A stretch of DNA of 14,290 bases from a virus. Lineage: Duplodnaviria > Heunggongvirae > Uroviricota > Caudoviricetes. This document shows, piece by piece, positions 7,090-14,290 of this stretch. The first letter of the stretch is position 1. Every line of letters begins with the position of its first letter. The notes below the pieces were generated by a model. It was not told the DNA's origin. It was given only the letters and a program-made list of their open reading frames with translations, and searched no databases. A program made the position numbers and the translations under genes. Where the stretch lies: the IMG/VR virus record IMGVR_UViG_2778261163_000002, positions 1-14,290 of that record, one strand, 5' to 3'.

Positions 7090-7455
7090 ATGACTGAACG
7101 CATAGAATTTGTTTTGCCTTACCCGCCGACGGTGAATACCTACTGGCGACGTCATGGCAATACGTATTTCATCTCGGAGGCCGGAAAGCGTTATCGCCAT
7201 GATGTGGCGCTAATTGTTCGCCAGCAGCGGTTGAAATTAAACCTGTCCGGAAGGCTGGCGATAAAGATTATTGCAGAGCCACCGGATAAGCGCCGTCGTG
7301 ACCTGGACAATATCCTGAAAGCACCACTGGATGCGCTGACGCATGCCGGACTACTCATAGATGACGAGCAGTTTGATGAAATCAATATTGTGCGCGGTCA
7401 GCTCGTTCCTGGTGGGCGGCTGGGGATAAAAATCACAGAACTGGAGTGCGCATGA
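7090..7455 (+). CDS. rusA: RusA Holliday-junction resolvase
   Basis: 121-aa protein with the RRRDLDN motif and overall similarity to recalled RusA; typical nin-region position upstream of Q. Confidence 0.85.
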   Translation: MTERIEFVLPYPPTVNTYWRRHGNTYFISEAGKRYRHDVALIVRQQRLKLNLSGRLAIKIIAEPPDKRRRDLDNILKAPLDALTHAGLLIDDEQFDEINIVRGQLVPGGRLGIKITELECA

Positions 7456-8141
7456 ATAACCAGTATTTACAGTTTGTGCGTGAGCAGCTCATTATCGCCA
7501 CCGCTGATTTGAGTGGGGCAACAAAAGGTCAGCTTGAAGCCTGGCAGGAGAATGCCATGTTCGATACAGGGCGTTACAGGCGTAAAAAAATCCGGTACCG
7601 AGATGAAGTGACCGGAAAAATGATTACGCGGGATAATCCACCAATCCCGGGGAAACAATCGCTGGCGAAGGGGACGTCAATTCCTCTGGTCAGTCCGGTT
7701 GAGTTTTCGACATCATCGTGGCGGCGGGCTGTTCTGTCTCTTGAAGAACATCATAAAGCCTGGTTGTTGTGGTGTTACAGCGGGAGTATTTGTTGGGAAT
7801 ATCAGATCGCGATAACACAGTGGGCGTGGAATGAATTTAATACTCAATCCGGTACCAGAAAAATTGCAGGGAAAACGCAGGAACGCCTGAAAAAATTAAT
7901 CTGGCTGGCGGCGCAGGCATTAAAAGCAGAACTTTTTGGTGGGGAAGGTTATGAATACCAGGAGCTGGCATTACTGGCGGGAGTGACAACTAAAAACTGG
8001 TCCAAAACATTTACTCGTCACTGGGTTGCAATGAAACACATTTTTCACCGACTTGATAGTGAGGCTTTATTGTTTGTAATGAGAACACGTTCAAAACAAA
8101 AGGCGGCATTTTCAAAGCAAAGTGTTGCAAAAGTAGATTGA
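7452..8141 (+). CDS. late-gene antiterminator Q-like protein (QuuQ-type), 229 aa
   Basis: Start ATG overlaps the rusA stop (ATGA); located directly upstream of a promoter/terminator pair, the tRNAs and the lysis genes; no lambda-Q zinc-finger motif, so the call is mainly positional. Confidence 0.55.
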   Translation: MNNQYLQFVREQLIIATADLSGATKGQLEAWQENAMFDTGRYRRKKIRYRDEVTGKMITRDNPPIPGKQSLAKGTSIPLVSPVEFSTSSWRRAVLSLEEHHKAWLLWCYSGSICWEYQIAITQWAWNEFNTQSGTRKIAGKTQERLKKLIWLAAQALKAELFGGEGYEYQELALLAGVTTKNWSKTFTRHWVAMKHIFHRLDSEALLFVMRTRSKQKAAFSKQSVAKVD

Positions 8142-8153
8142 AAGGCATATATT
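8125..8153 (+). promoter_or_regulatory. pR'-like late promoter
   Basis: -35 TTGCAA (8125..8130), 17-bp spacer, -10 TATATT (8148..8153), overlapping the 3' end of the Q-like gene; a terminator lies about 55 nt downstream. Confidence 0.45.
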
Positions 8154-8204
8154 TCATGCAAATCTGATATTTTGCCGATTTTGTACGTGATGGCAAAAGC
8201 AAAC

Positions 8205-8230
8205 AAAACCCGCCCACAAGCGGGTTTTTT
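8205..8230 (+). terminator. tR'-like rho-independent terminator
   Basis: AAAACCCGC-CCACAA-GCGGGTTTT stem-loop followed by a T-run. Confidence 0.65.
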
Positions 8231-8297
8231 GTGCCACTTATCTCGGATAGACATGGTGAATGCGCTGGTGGAGGAGATAAGGGTGATTTTTGAATGC

Positions 8298-8326
8298 TTG
8301 CAACATTGATTTCGTAACGTTATTAT
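8298..8326 (+). promoter_or_regulatory. candidate sigma70 promoter for the tRNA cluster
   Basis: -35 TTGCAA (8298..8303), 17-bp spacer, -10 TATTAT (8321..8326); predicted start about 8333, just before the first tRNA at 8336. Confidence 0.5.
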
Positions 8327-8335
8327 CCTGCGCCC

Positions 8336-8411
8336 GGCCCTTTAGCTCAGTGGTGAGAGCGAGCGACTCATAATCGCCAGGTCGCTGGTTCAAATCCAGC
8401 AAGGGCCACCA
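8336..8411 (+). tRNA. tRNA with anticodon CAT, closest to tRNA-Ile2 (lysidine, ileX/ileZ-like); Met not excluded
   Basis: Cloverleaf folded by hand: acceptor GGCCCTT/AAGGGCC, D arm GCTC/GAGC, anticodon loop CTCATAA, T loop TTCAAAT, encoded CCA; close to recalled E. coli ileX. Confidence 0.8.
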
Positions 8412-8412
8412 G

Positions 8413-8489
8413 CCGCCACTAGCTCATCAGGAAAGAGCGTCAACCCTTTAAGTTGAGTGTGCGAGGTTCGAGTCCCCGATGGCGGTCCA
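8413..8489 (+). tRNA. tRNA-like gene with aberrant features, anticodon loop CCTTTAA (UUU, Lys-like); possible pseudo-tRNA
   Basis: D arm GCTC/GAGC, anticodon stem TCAAC/GTTGA, T loop TTCGAGT, encoded CCA; but C at position 33 instead of the invariant U, a mismatch in the T stem and a mismatch at acceptor pair 7-66. Confidence 0.5.
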
Positions 8490-8491
8490 GT

Positions 8492-8567
<76 letters not shown>

Positions 8568-8570
8568 TAT

Positions 8571-8645
<75 letters not shown>

Positions 8646-8651
8646 GTTAGA

Positions 8652-8697
8652 GTCTTTCAGTCTGCGATGATGGGAAATCCCGGAGTGACTGAAAGAC
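8652..8697. repeat. perfect 11-bp inverted repeat (GTCTTTCAGTC / GACTGAAAGAC) with 24-nt loop
   Basis: Arms at 8652..8662 and 8687..8697 are exact reverse complements; located immediately after the tRNA-Gly gene. Confidence 0.7.
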
Positions 8698-8705
8698 GTT
8701 TAAGT

Positions 8706-8776
8706 TATGAATGATCGCTTTTTTTTGCAAAATTGCTGTGCAGAAATACTAACCTTCGGGCAGGCGATCATTCATA
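8706..8776. repeat. perfect 13-bp inverted repeat (TATGAATGATCGC / GCGATCATTCATA) flanking a 45-bp core
   Basis: Arms at 8706..8718 and 8764..8776; a T9 run follows the left arm. Confidence 0.7.
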
Positions 8777-8852
8777 AGCACTCTGCTTTTATTCCGATTA
8801 ACTGTGGGTGGTTTGTTGGATAGAGTGCTTTCCTTACTGTATATATTGTTTC

Positions 8853-8877
8853 GCCCGCTTTTGCGGGCTTTTCTTTT
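8853..8877 (+). terminator. rho-independent terminator upstream of the holin gene
   Basis: GCCCGC-TTTT-GCGGGC stem-loop followed by TTTTCTTTT. Confidence 0.65.
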
Positions 8878-8937
8878 CAAATCCCTTTCATTTCTCAGTG
8901 TAAAACTACGCCATCCGTTATTTGCGGAGGTGAGGCT

Positions 8938-9153
8938 ATGAAATCCATGGACAAAATTTCAACGGGCATTGCCTATGGCACCTCCGCAGGCAGTGCTGGC
9001 TACTGGTTTTTACAGTGGCTTGATCAGGTCAGTCCGTCACAGTGGGCTGCGATTGGTGTGCTGGGGAGTCTGGTTCTGGGCTTCCTGACTTATCTGACAA
9101 ATCTGTACTTCAAAATCAGAGAAGACAAGCGTAAGGCTGCACGGGGAGAGTAA
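8938..9153 (+). CDS. class II holin / pinholin, phage-21 S-like, dual-start motif MKSM
   Basis: 71-aa protein matching the recalled S21 pinholin; GGAGGTGAGG before the ATG; Met1/Met4 dual start typical of antiholin/holin pairs. Confidence 0.85.
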   Translation: MKSMDKISTGIAYGTSAGSAGYWFLQWLDQVSPSQWAAIGVLGSLVLGFLTYLTNLYFKIREDKRKAARGE

Positions 9154-9157
9154 TTCA

Positions 9158-9508
9158 ATGACTCAAAACTATGAACTGATTGTGAAAGGGATCCGCAATT
9201 TTGAGAATAAAGTTACGGTAACTTTAGCGTTACGGGACAAAAAACGCTTTGACGGTGAAATTTTTGACCTGGACATCTCGCTGGACCGTGTTGAAGGTGC
9301 CGCGCTGGAGTTTTATGAGGCAGCAGCCAGAATGAGCATCAGACAGGTCTTCCTGGATGTTGCTGCCGGGTTATGTGAAGGGGATGAGCAGTCGCCGGAA
9401 AAGCGCCCCGTAATTTTAGAGGCGCAGAATGTATGGATAACCTACAAAGGAAAGCTACCGGGAAGAATTACTGGTTCTCTGAAGACTCCTCCGGAATCAC
9501 AACCTTAA
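9158..9508 (+). CDS. hypothetical protein (116 aa) inserted between holin and endolysin
   Basis: ATG 4 nt after the holin stop, GGAGAG 7 nt upstream; no TM segment or signal peptide evident; no family recognised. Confidence 0.55.
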   Translation: MTQNYELIVKGIRNFENKVTVTLALRDKKRFDGEIFDLDISLDRVEGAALEFYEAAARMSIRQVFLDVAAGLCEGDEQSPEKRPVILEAQNVWITYKGKLPGRITGSLKTPPESQP

Positions 9509-9571
9509 GTCACTGACCGGAACAGATAAACCTGTCCGTGGGCAGAAACCGATAAATCCTGATAAATATCC

Positions 9572-10105
9572 ATGAACGCAAAAATCAGATACGGCCTGTC
9601 GGCTGCCGTTCTGGCACTGATTGCCGTCGGTGCGCCCGCGCCTGATATTCTCGACCAGTTTCTGGATGAAAAAGAAGGTAACCACACAACGGCATACCGC
9701 GATGGGTCCGGCATCTGGACCATCTGTCGGGGTGCCACGATGGTGGATGGAAAACCCGTTTTTCCCGGTATGAAACTGTCGAAGGAAAAATGCGACCAGG
9801 TCAACGCCATTGAGCGTGATAAGGCGCTGGCATGGGTGGAGCGCAATATTAAAGTACCACTGACCGAACCACAAAAAGCGGGTATAGCGTCATTCTGTCC
9901 CTATAACATTGGCCCCGGTAAGTGTTTCCCGTCGACGTTTTATAAGCGGCTGAATGCCGGTGATCGTAAGGGCGCATGCGAGGCGATTCGCTGGTGGATA
10001 AAAGATGGTGGGCGCGATTGCCGCATACGTTCAAATAACTGCTATGGACAGGTTATTCGTCGTGACCAGGAAAGCGCATTAGCCTGTTGGGGGATAGAGC
10101 AGTGA
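9572..10105 (+). CDS. SAR endolysin (phage lysozyme, R21-like)
   Basis: N-terminal signal-anchor-release segment [18 protein letters not shown]; overall similarity to recalled phage-21 R; stop overlaps the Rz start. Confidence 0.8.
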   Translation: MNAKIRYGLSAAVLALIAVGAPAPDILDQFLDEKEGNHTTAYRDGSGIWTICRGATMVDGKPVFPGMKLSKEKCDQVNAIERDKALAWVERNIKVPLTEPQKAGIASFCPYNIGPGKCFPSTFYKRLNAGDRKGACEAIRWWIKDGGRDCRIRSNNCYGQVIRRDQESALACWGIEQ

Positions 10106-10563
10106 GCAGAGTCGCCGCGATTATTTATGCTTTGGTTATCTGCATCATCGTCTGCCTGTCGTGGGCGGTCAATCATTACCGTGATAACGCCATCGCCTAC
10201 AAAGAACAGCGTGATAAAAAAGTCAGTGAGCTGAAGCAGGCGATCGCCACCATCGCTGACATGCAACAGCGTCAGCGTGATGTTGCTGCACTCGATGCAA
10301 AGTACTCGAGAGAATTAGCCAATGCGAAAGCTGAAAATGAAACTCTGCGCGCTGATGTTGCCGCTGGTCGTCGTCGGTTGCACATCAAAGCAGTCTGTCA
10401 GTCAGTGCGTGAAGCCACCACCGCCTCCGGCGTGGATAATGCAACCAGCCCCCGACTGGCAGACACCGCTGAACGGGATTATTTCACCCTCAGAGAGAGG
10501 CTGATCACTATGCAAAAACAACTGGAAGGAACCCAGAAGTATATTAATGAGCAGTGCAGATAG
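10102..10563 (+). CDS. Rz: Rz i-spanin
   Basis: GTG start giving MSRVAAII..., near-identical to recalled lambda Rz; N-terminal TM segment; C-terminus ...QKYINEQCR. Confidence 0.85.
   Translation: MSRVAAIIYALVICIIVCLSWAVNHYRDNAIAYKEQRDKKVSELKQAIATIADMQQRQRDVAALDAKYSRELANAKAENETLRADVAAGRRRLHIKAVCQSVREATTASGVDNATSPRLADTAERDYFTLRERLITMQKQLEGTQKYINEQCR
10322..10504 (+). CDS. Rz1: Rz1 o-spanin lipoprotein, embedded in Rz in the +1 frame
   Basis: 60-aa ORF with lipobox VVGC and a PPPPP run, near-identical to recalled lambda Rz1. Confidence 0.85.
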   Translation: MRKLKMKLCALMLPLVVVGCTSKQSVSQCVKPPPPPAWIMQPAPDWQTPLNGIISPSERG

Positions 10564-10594
10564 AGCTGCCCATATCGATGGGCAACTCATGCAA

Positions 10595-10888
10595 TTATTG
10601 TGAGCAATACACACGCGCTTCCAGTGGAGTATAAATGCCTAAAGTAATAAAACCGAGAAATCCATTTACGAATGTTTGCTGGGTTTCTGTTTTAACAACA
10701 TTTTCTGCGCCGCCACAAATTTTGGCTGCATCAACAGTTTTCTCCTGTCCAATTCCCGAAACGAAGAAATGATGGGTGATGGTTTCCTTTGGTGTTACTG
10801 CTGTCGGTTTGTTTCCAACAGTAAACGTCTGTTGAGCACATCCTGTAATAAGCATTGCCAGAGCGGCAGAAAACAACATTTTTTTCAT
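10595..10888 (-). CDS. bor: Bor lipoprotein (serum-resistance, Iss family)
   Basis: 97 aa from MKKML...ITGCAQQTFTV...LEARVYCSQ, near-identical to recalled lambda Bor; start taken at the internal ATG (10888), preceded by AGGA. Confidence 0.85.
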   Translation of the reverse strand: MKKMLFSAALAMLITGCAQQTFTVGNKPTAVTPKETITHHFFVSGIGQEKTVDAAKICGGAENVVKTETQQTFVNGFLGFITLGIYTPLEARVYCSQ

Positions 10889-11068
10889 CTTATTATCCTG
10901 CATTGTTAAAAACGGCAGAATCCTATGTGACAACAATTAAACGATAGTTAAATGGATTGATGAAAATTAAAACTATATAGGTGGATGCTCAGCCTATTGG
11001 AGGTAGTCAGGATTTGAATGTCAGTCTGTTGTCGGCATTCTGGCAATGCAATTTGGATAAAGCGGGGA

Positions 11069-11191
11069 TTAAAAAGATAGAGGCGAGCCGGTCAGGTAGA
11101 AATGAATCAGGCTCAAAGTGAAGCGGAAAAGGTCTGTGGCACAAGCTGATGCAGCCATAATTACAGCCTGATGATTTGTGGAATGAAACAT
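11069..11191 (-). CDS. small ORF, 40 aa (MFHSTNHQAVIMAASACATDLFRFTLSLIHFYLTGSPLSF), hypothetical
   Basis: Hand-translated; AAGGAGGT Shine-Dalgarno 6 nt upstream of the ATG on the minus strand; below the ORF-track cutoff. Confidence 0.35.
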   Translation of the reverse strand: MFHSTNHQAVIMAASACATDLFRFTLSLIHFYLTGSPLSF

Positions 11192-11413
11192 GTTGAACCT
11201 CCTTAATTGATGTTATTCGAGTGATGAAGGCATTCTGTCCTTCTATAGTGTCCAGTAAATCAAACAGGAAACTTGTCCAACGTGTTGGACAAGCCTCTCC
11301 ATTAGTGAGTTGTATTGATCACAACTCTACAAAGAATTCATTACTGGGTAGATGAAAATAGTTTCACTATGAATGGAGGAGGCTATGTCGGTGGCTTCTT
11401 CATTGGAGTACAT

Positions 11414-11764
11414 ATGCCCCCACGAATCCCACGCGCCTGCCGTAAGCGTGGATGTGCAGGTACAACCACAGACAGTTCTGGTTACTGCGATAAACATCGT
11501 GGCGAAGGATGGGTACAGCATCAACGCGGACTGAGCCGCCACCAGCGTGGCTATGGCTCGAAATGGGATGCCATACGTGCGCGCATACTGAAGCGTGATA
11601 ATCATCTGTGTCAGAACTGCCTGCGCAATGGGAGAGCCGTTGAAGCCAGAACTGTGGACCACATCATTCCGAAAGCTCATGGTGGCACGGATGCAGACAG
11701 TAACCTGCAGAGTCTGTGCTGGCCCTGTCATAAAGCAAAAACAGCGCGCGAACGCATCAATTGA
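11414..11764 (+). CDS. HNH endonuclease (packaging-associated)
   Basis: Cys/His motif CQNCL...VDHIIPKAHGG...NLQSLCWPCHKAK; GGAG 5 nt before the ATG at 11414; the ORF is open upstream to 11315 (alternative ATG at 11369); located just upstream of the terminase genes as in HK97-like phages. Confidence 0.75.
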   Translation: MPPRIPRACRKRGCAGTTTDSSGYCDKHRGEGWVQHQRGLSRHQRGYGSKWDAIRARILKRDNHLCQNCLRNGRAVEARTVDHIIPKAHGGTDADSNLQSLCWPCHKAKTARERIN

Positions 11765-11911
11765 TAACAGTTCCCATCTGTAGGGGAGGGGCAGGTCAAA
11801 TCTCTGCAACCCTGGCTGCTCAGTACCGCCGCCTGACCTTTCCTCGCATCGCCGCAGGTTCGAAAACTTTTTTTTGGAATGTGATTAAATGATTGATAGG
11901 TAAAACCGATT

Positions 11912-12394
11912 ATGTCTGGACCCCCGAAAACCCCGCCACGCCTGCATTTGATACGAGGTAACCCCTCAAAGCGGCCAGTTAAAGACTCCAAAAAAACCGC
12001 TAAAAAGGATGAAAAAGGTCTCCCTAAAATTCCGCAACATTTAGGGGCGCAGGGGAAGTACTGGTTCAGGCGAATGGCGGAAGAGCTGAATGCGGAAGGG
12101 ATCATTTCTCAGCTCGATGCACGTGCGCTCGAGTTACTGGTGGAAGCCTACACCGAATACCGGCATCACTGCGAAATACTCGATGTTGAGGGTTATACCT
12201 ACCGCACGGAAACGCAGAATGGCGATGTGCTGATCAAGGCACACCCGGCTGCTGCGATGAAGGCTGATGCCTGGAAGCGGATTCGGGCGATGCTTGCAGA
12301 GTTTGGTATGTCACCGGCAAGCCGGGCGAAAGTAAATACCGCCGGACCGGATGATGTTGATCCGCTGGCAGAGCTTTTAAAAGCGAGAGACTGA
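11912..12394 (+). CDS. terminase small subunit (P27-family-like)
   Basis: 160-aa basic protein directly upstream of and overlapping the large terminase gene (TGATG); recalled similarity to P27-family small terminases. Confidence 0.7.
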   Translation: MSGPPKTPPRLHLIRGNPSKRPVKDSKKTAKKDEKGLPKIPQHLGAQGKYWFRRMAEELNAEGIISQLDARALELLVEAYTEYRHHCEILDVEGYTYRTETQNGDVLIKAHPAAAMKADAWKRIRAMLAEFGMSPASRAKVNTAGPDDVDPLAELLKARD

Positions 12395-14151
12395 TGGCAA
12401 AAGTGGCTGACGGGATCCGCTACGCCGAACGTGTTGTTGCAGGAGAAATTGTTGCTGGCGAATTTGTCCGTCTGGCCTGCCAGCGTTTTCTTGATGATCT
12501 GAAGTACGGCGAAGAGCGGGGGATTTATTTCAGTGAACCTCGTGCACAGCACATCCTTAATTTCTACAAATTTGTACCCCATGTGAAAGGGGCGCTGGCA
12601 GGTCAGCCCATTGAGTTGATGGACTGGCATGTGTTTATCCTCATTAATATTTTTGGTTTTGTCATTCCGCTGGTGAATGAAGAAACCGGGGAAGTTGTCA
12701 TGCGCAGCGATGGCAGTGGACGCCCGGTGATGGTGCGCCGGTTCCGGACAGCATACAACGAAGTTGCCCGTAAAAACGCAAAATCAACCCTGTCATCGGG
12801 TATCGGTCTGTATATGACGGGGGCAGATGGTGAAGGCGGGGCTGAGGTGTATTCAGCCGCAACCACGCGTGACCAGGCCAGAATTGTGTTTGAAGACGCC
12901 AAAAATATGGTCAGAAAAGCCCGGTCGACACTCGGGCGGTTGTTTGATTTCAACAAGCTGGCGATTTACCAGGAGCAGAGCGCATCAAAATTTGAACCGC
13001 TTTCCTCGGATGCAAACAACCTGGACGGTCTGAACATCCACTGCGCCATTATTGATGAGCTGCATGCTCATAAAACCCGTGACGTGTGGGACGTTCTGGA
13101 AACGGCAACCGGTGCCCGTCTGCAGTCTCTGTTATTTGGCATCACCACGGCTGGCTTTAACAAGGAAGGGATTTGCTACGAGCAGCGCGATTACGCCATT
13201 AAGGTATTGCGAGGCTATAACAGCGACGTGGAGGGCGCGGTAAAAGACGACTCCTACTTTGCGATCATTTACACGCTCGATGAGGGAGATGATCCGTTTG
13301 ATGAAACGGTCTGGCAGAAAGCGAATCCTGGCCTGGGCATCTGTAAACGCTGGGATGATCTGCGTCGTCTGGCGAAAAAAGCGAAGGAGCAGGTCTCTGC
13401 GCGGGTGAATTTTTTTACCAAACACATGAATGTGTGGGTCACTGCCGAATCTGCCTGGATGGATATGATTAAGTGGGAGAAGTGCGAATACATTGCTCCA
13501 CAACATGAGCTGAAAACATATCCCATGTGGGTCGGCGTAGACCTTGCTCATAAGATTGATATCTGTGCGGCGGCAAAACTCTGGCGAACCGATAACGGAC
13601 ATGTTCATGCTGATTTTAAATTCTGGCTTCCGGAAGGACGGCTGGAGCGATGCTCGCGGCAGCAGGCAGAACTTTACCGGAAGTGGGCGGAGATGGATAA
13701 GCTCATCCTGACGGATGGTGATGTTATCGATCATGCTCAGATAAAAAGTGACTTACTGGAATGGATTGGCGGTGAAAACCTCAGGGAACTGGGATTTGAC
13801 CCGTGGAGCGCAATGCAGTTCAGCCTGGCACTGGCTGAAGAAGGGATACCGCTGGTGGAGGTTCCGCAGACGGTCCGCAATCTGTCAGAGGCCATGAAGG
13901 AAACGGAATCACTGGTTTATGCCGGGCGTTTCCATCACAGCAATCATCCGGTCATGAACTGGATGATGTCTAACGTTACGGTAAAACCGGACAAAAACGA
14001 CAACATCTTCCCGAATAAATCCACGCCTGAAGCCAAAATCGACGGCCCTGTTGCGCTTTTTACGGCCATGAGCCGCTTTCTGGTAAATGGCGGGGGCGTG
14101 AATGACTTTCTGTCCACGCTTGATCCTGATGAGGACCTGTTAATTCTGTGA
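12394..14151 (+). CDS. terminase large subunit (HK97-like family)
   Basis: 585-aa ORF coupled to the small subunit; size and position typical of large terminases; Walker-like and nuclease motifs not individually verified. Confidence 0.8.
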   Translation: MAKVADGIRYAERVVAGEIVAGEFVRLACQRFLDDLKYGEERGIYFSEPRAQHILNFYKFVPHVKGALAGQPIELMDWHVFILINIFGFVIPLVNEETGEVVMRSDGSGRPVMVRRFRTAYNEVARKNAKSTLSSGIGLYMTGADGEGGAEVYSAATTRDQARIVFEDAKNMVRKARSTLGRLFDFNKLAIYQEQSASKFEPLSSDANNLDGLNIHCAIIDELHAHKTRDVWDVLETATGARLQSLLFGITTAGFNKEGICYEQRDYAIKVLRGYNSDVEGAVKDDSYFAIIYTLDEGDDPFDETVWQKANPGLGICKRWDDLRRLAKKAKEQVSARVNFFTKHMNVWVTAESAWMDMIKWEKCEYIAPQHELKTYPMWVGVDLAHKIDICAAAKLWRTDNGHVHADFKFWLPEGRLERCSRQQAELYRKWAEMDKLILTDGDVIDHAQIKSDLLEWIGGENLRELGFDPWSAMQFSLALAEEGIPLVEVPQTVRNLSEAMKETESLVYAGRFHHSNHPVMNWMMSNVTVKPDKNDNIFPNKSTPEAKIDGPVALFTAMSRFLVNGGGVNDFLSTLDPDEDLLIL

Positions 14152-14290
14152 AACAGCTTATTACCTAGATTCTACGTCAGTACTTCAAAAAGCATAATCA
14201 AAGCCTTGATAAATATGCATTCCTTCGAAATTCAGCTTTCACCCATTGGGTGAAAGAAAAGTGCTCAAAAATATGTTAAATTATCAGCTT

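Noticed and set aside
7191-8254. Minus-strand ORFs antisense to rusA and Q, and 8011..8254 over the pR'/tR' region
   Set aside because: Antisense to well-supported genes or spanning the promoter and terminator; no start signals.
8646-8937. Shiga toxin or other cargo genes at the tRNA-to-holin locus
   Set aside because: No ORF of meaningful length in either strand; only structured non-coding sequence.
9497-10266. Minus-strand ORFs antisense to the endolysin and Rz
   Set aside because: Antisense to genes with near-identity to recalled lysis proteins.
10676-10909. Plus-strand 77-aa ORF opposite bor
   Set aside because: Antisense to bor, whose translation closely matches lambda Bor.
11327-12105. 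Minus-strand ORFs 11327..11809 (160 aa) and 11728..12105
   Set aside because: Antisense to the HNH gene and small terminase; the HNH motif is on the plus strand.
12199-13734. Minus-strand and internal ORFs within the large terminase
   Set aside because: Antisense or alternative frames inside a 585-aa gene coupled to the small subunit.

Overview
This 14.3 kb window reads as a contiguous, mosaic lambdoid prophage segment, most likely from E. coli or a close relative (Qin/Rac-like early region, phage-21/lambda-like lysis genes, HK97-like packaging genes). All calls rest on reading the sequence and recalled protein families; no database search was run. Order, left to right: (i) a minus-strand DicA-like repressor followed by three small coupled genes whose sizes (51/42/72 aa) match ydfA-ydfB-ydfC; (ii) a divergent Cro-like gene, a YdaT-like gene and a DUF1376/YdaU-like replication initiator carrying two GTCACG iteron arrays inside its own coding sequence; (iii) a cargo stretch with an unknown 141-aa protein, a QueH-type epoxyqueuosine reductase homolog, a hokD-like type I toxin and an AT-rich lipoprotein moron bracketed by terminators; (iv) a DUF968 YdfU-like protein, RusA and a Q-like antiterminator with a pR'/tR'-like promoter-terminator pair; (v) a compact four-gene tRNA cluster (Ile2-CAU, one aberrant Lys-like tRNA, Thr-UGU, Gly-UCC) with its own promoter; (vi) a lysis cassette (S21-like pinholin, an unexplained 116-aa gene, SAR endolysin, Rz/Rz1) plus bor; (vii) HNH endonuclease and small and large terminase subunits. 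No integrase, attachment site, CRISPR array or recognisable multi-gene defence system was seen. The best candidates for undescribed biology are the prophage-borne QueH next to phage tRNAs, the 116-aa gene inserted between holin and endolysin, the lipoprotein moron, the structured non-coding locus between the tRNAs and the holin, and a 40-aa minus-strand ORF with a strong Shine-Dalgarno between bor and the HNH gene.
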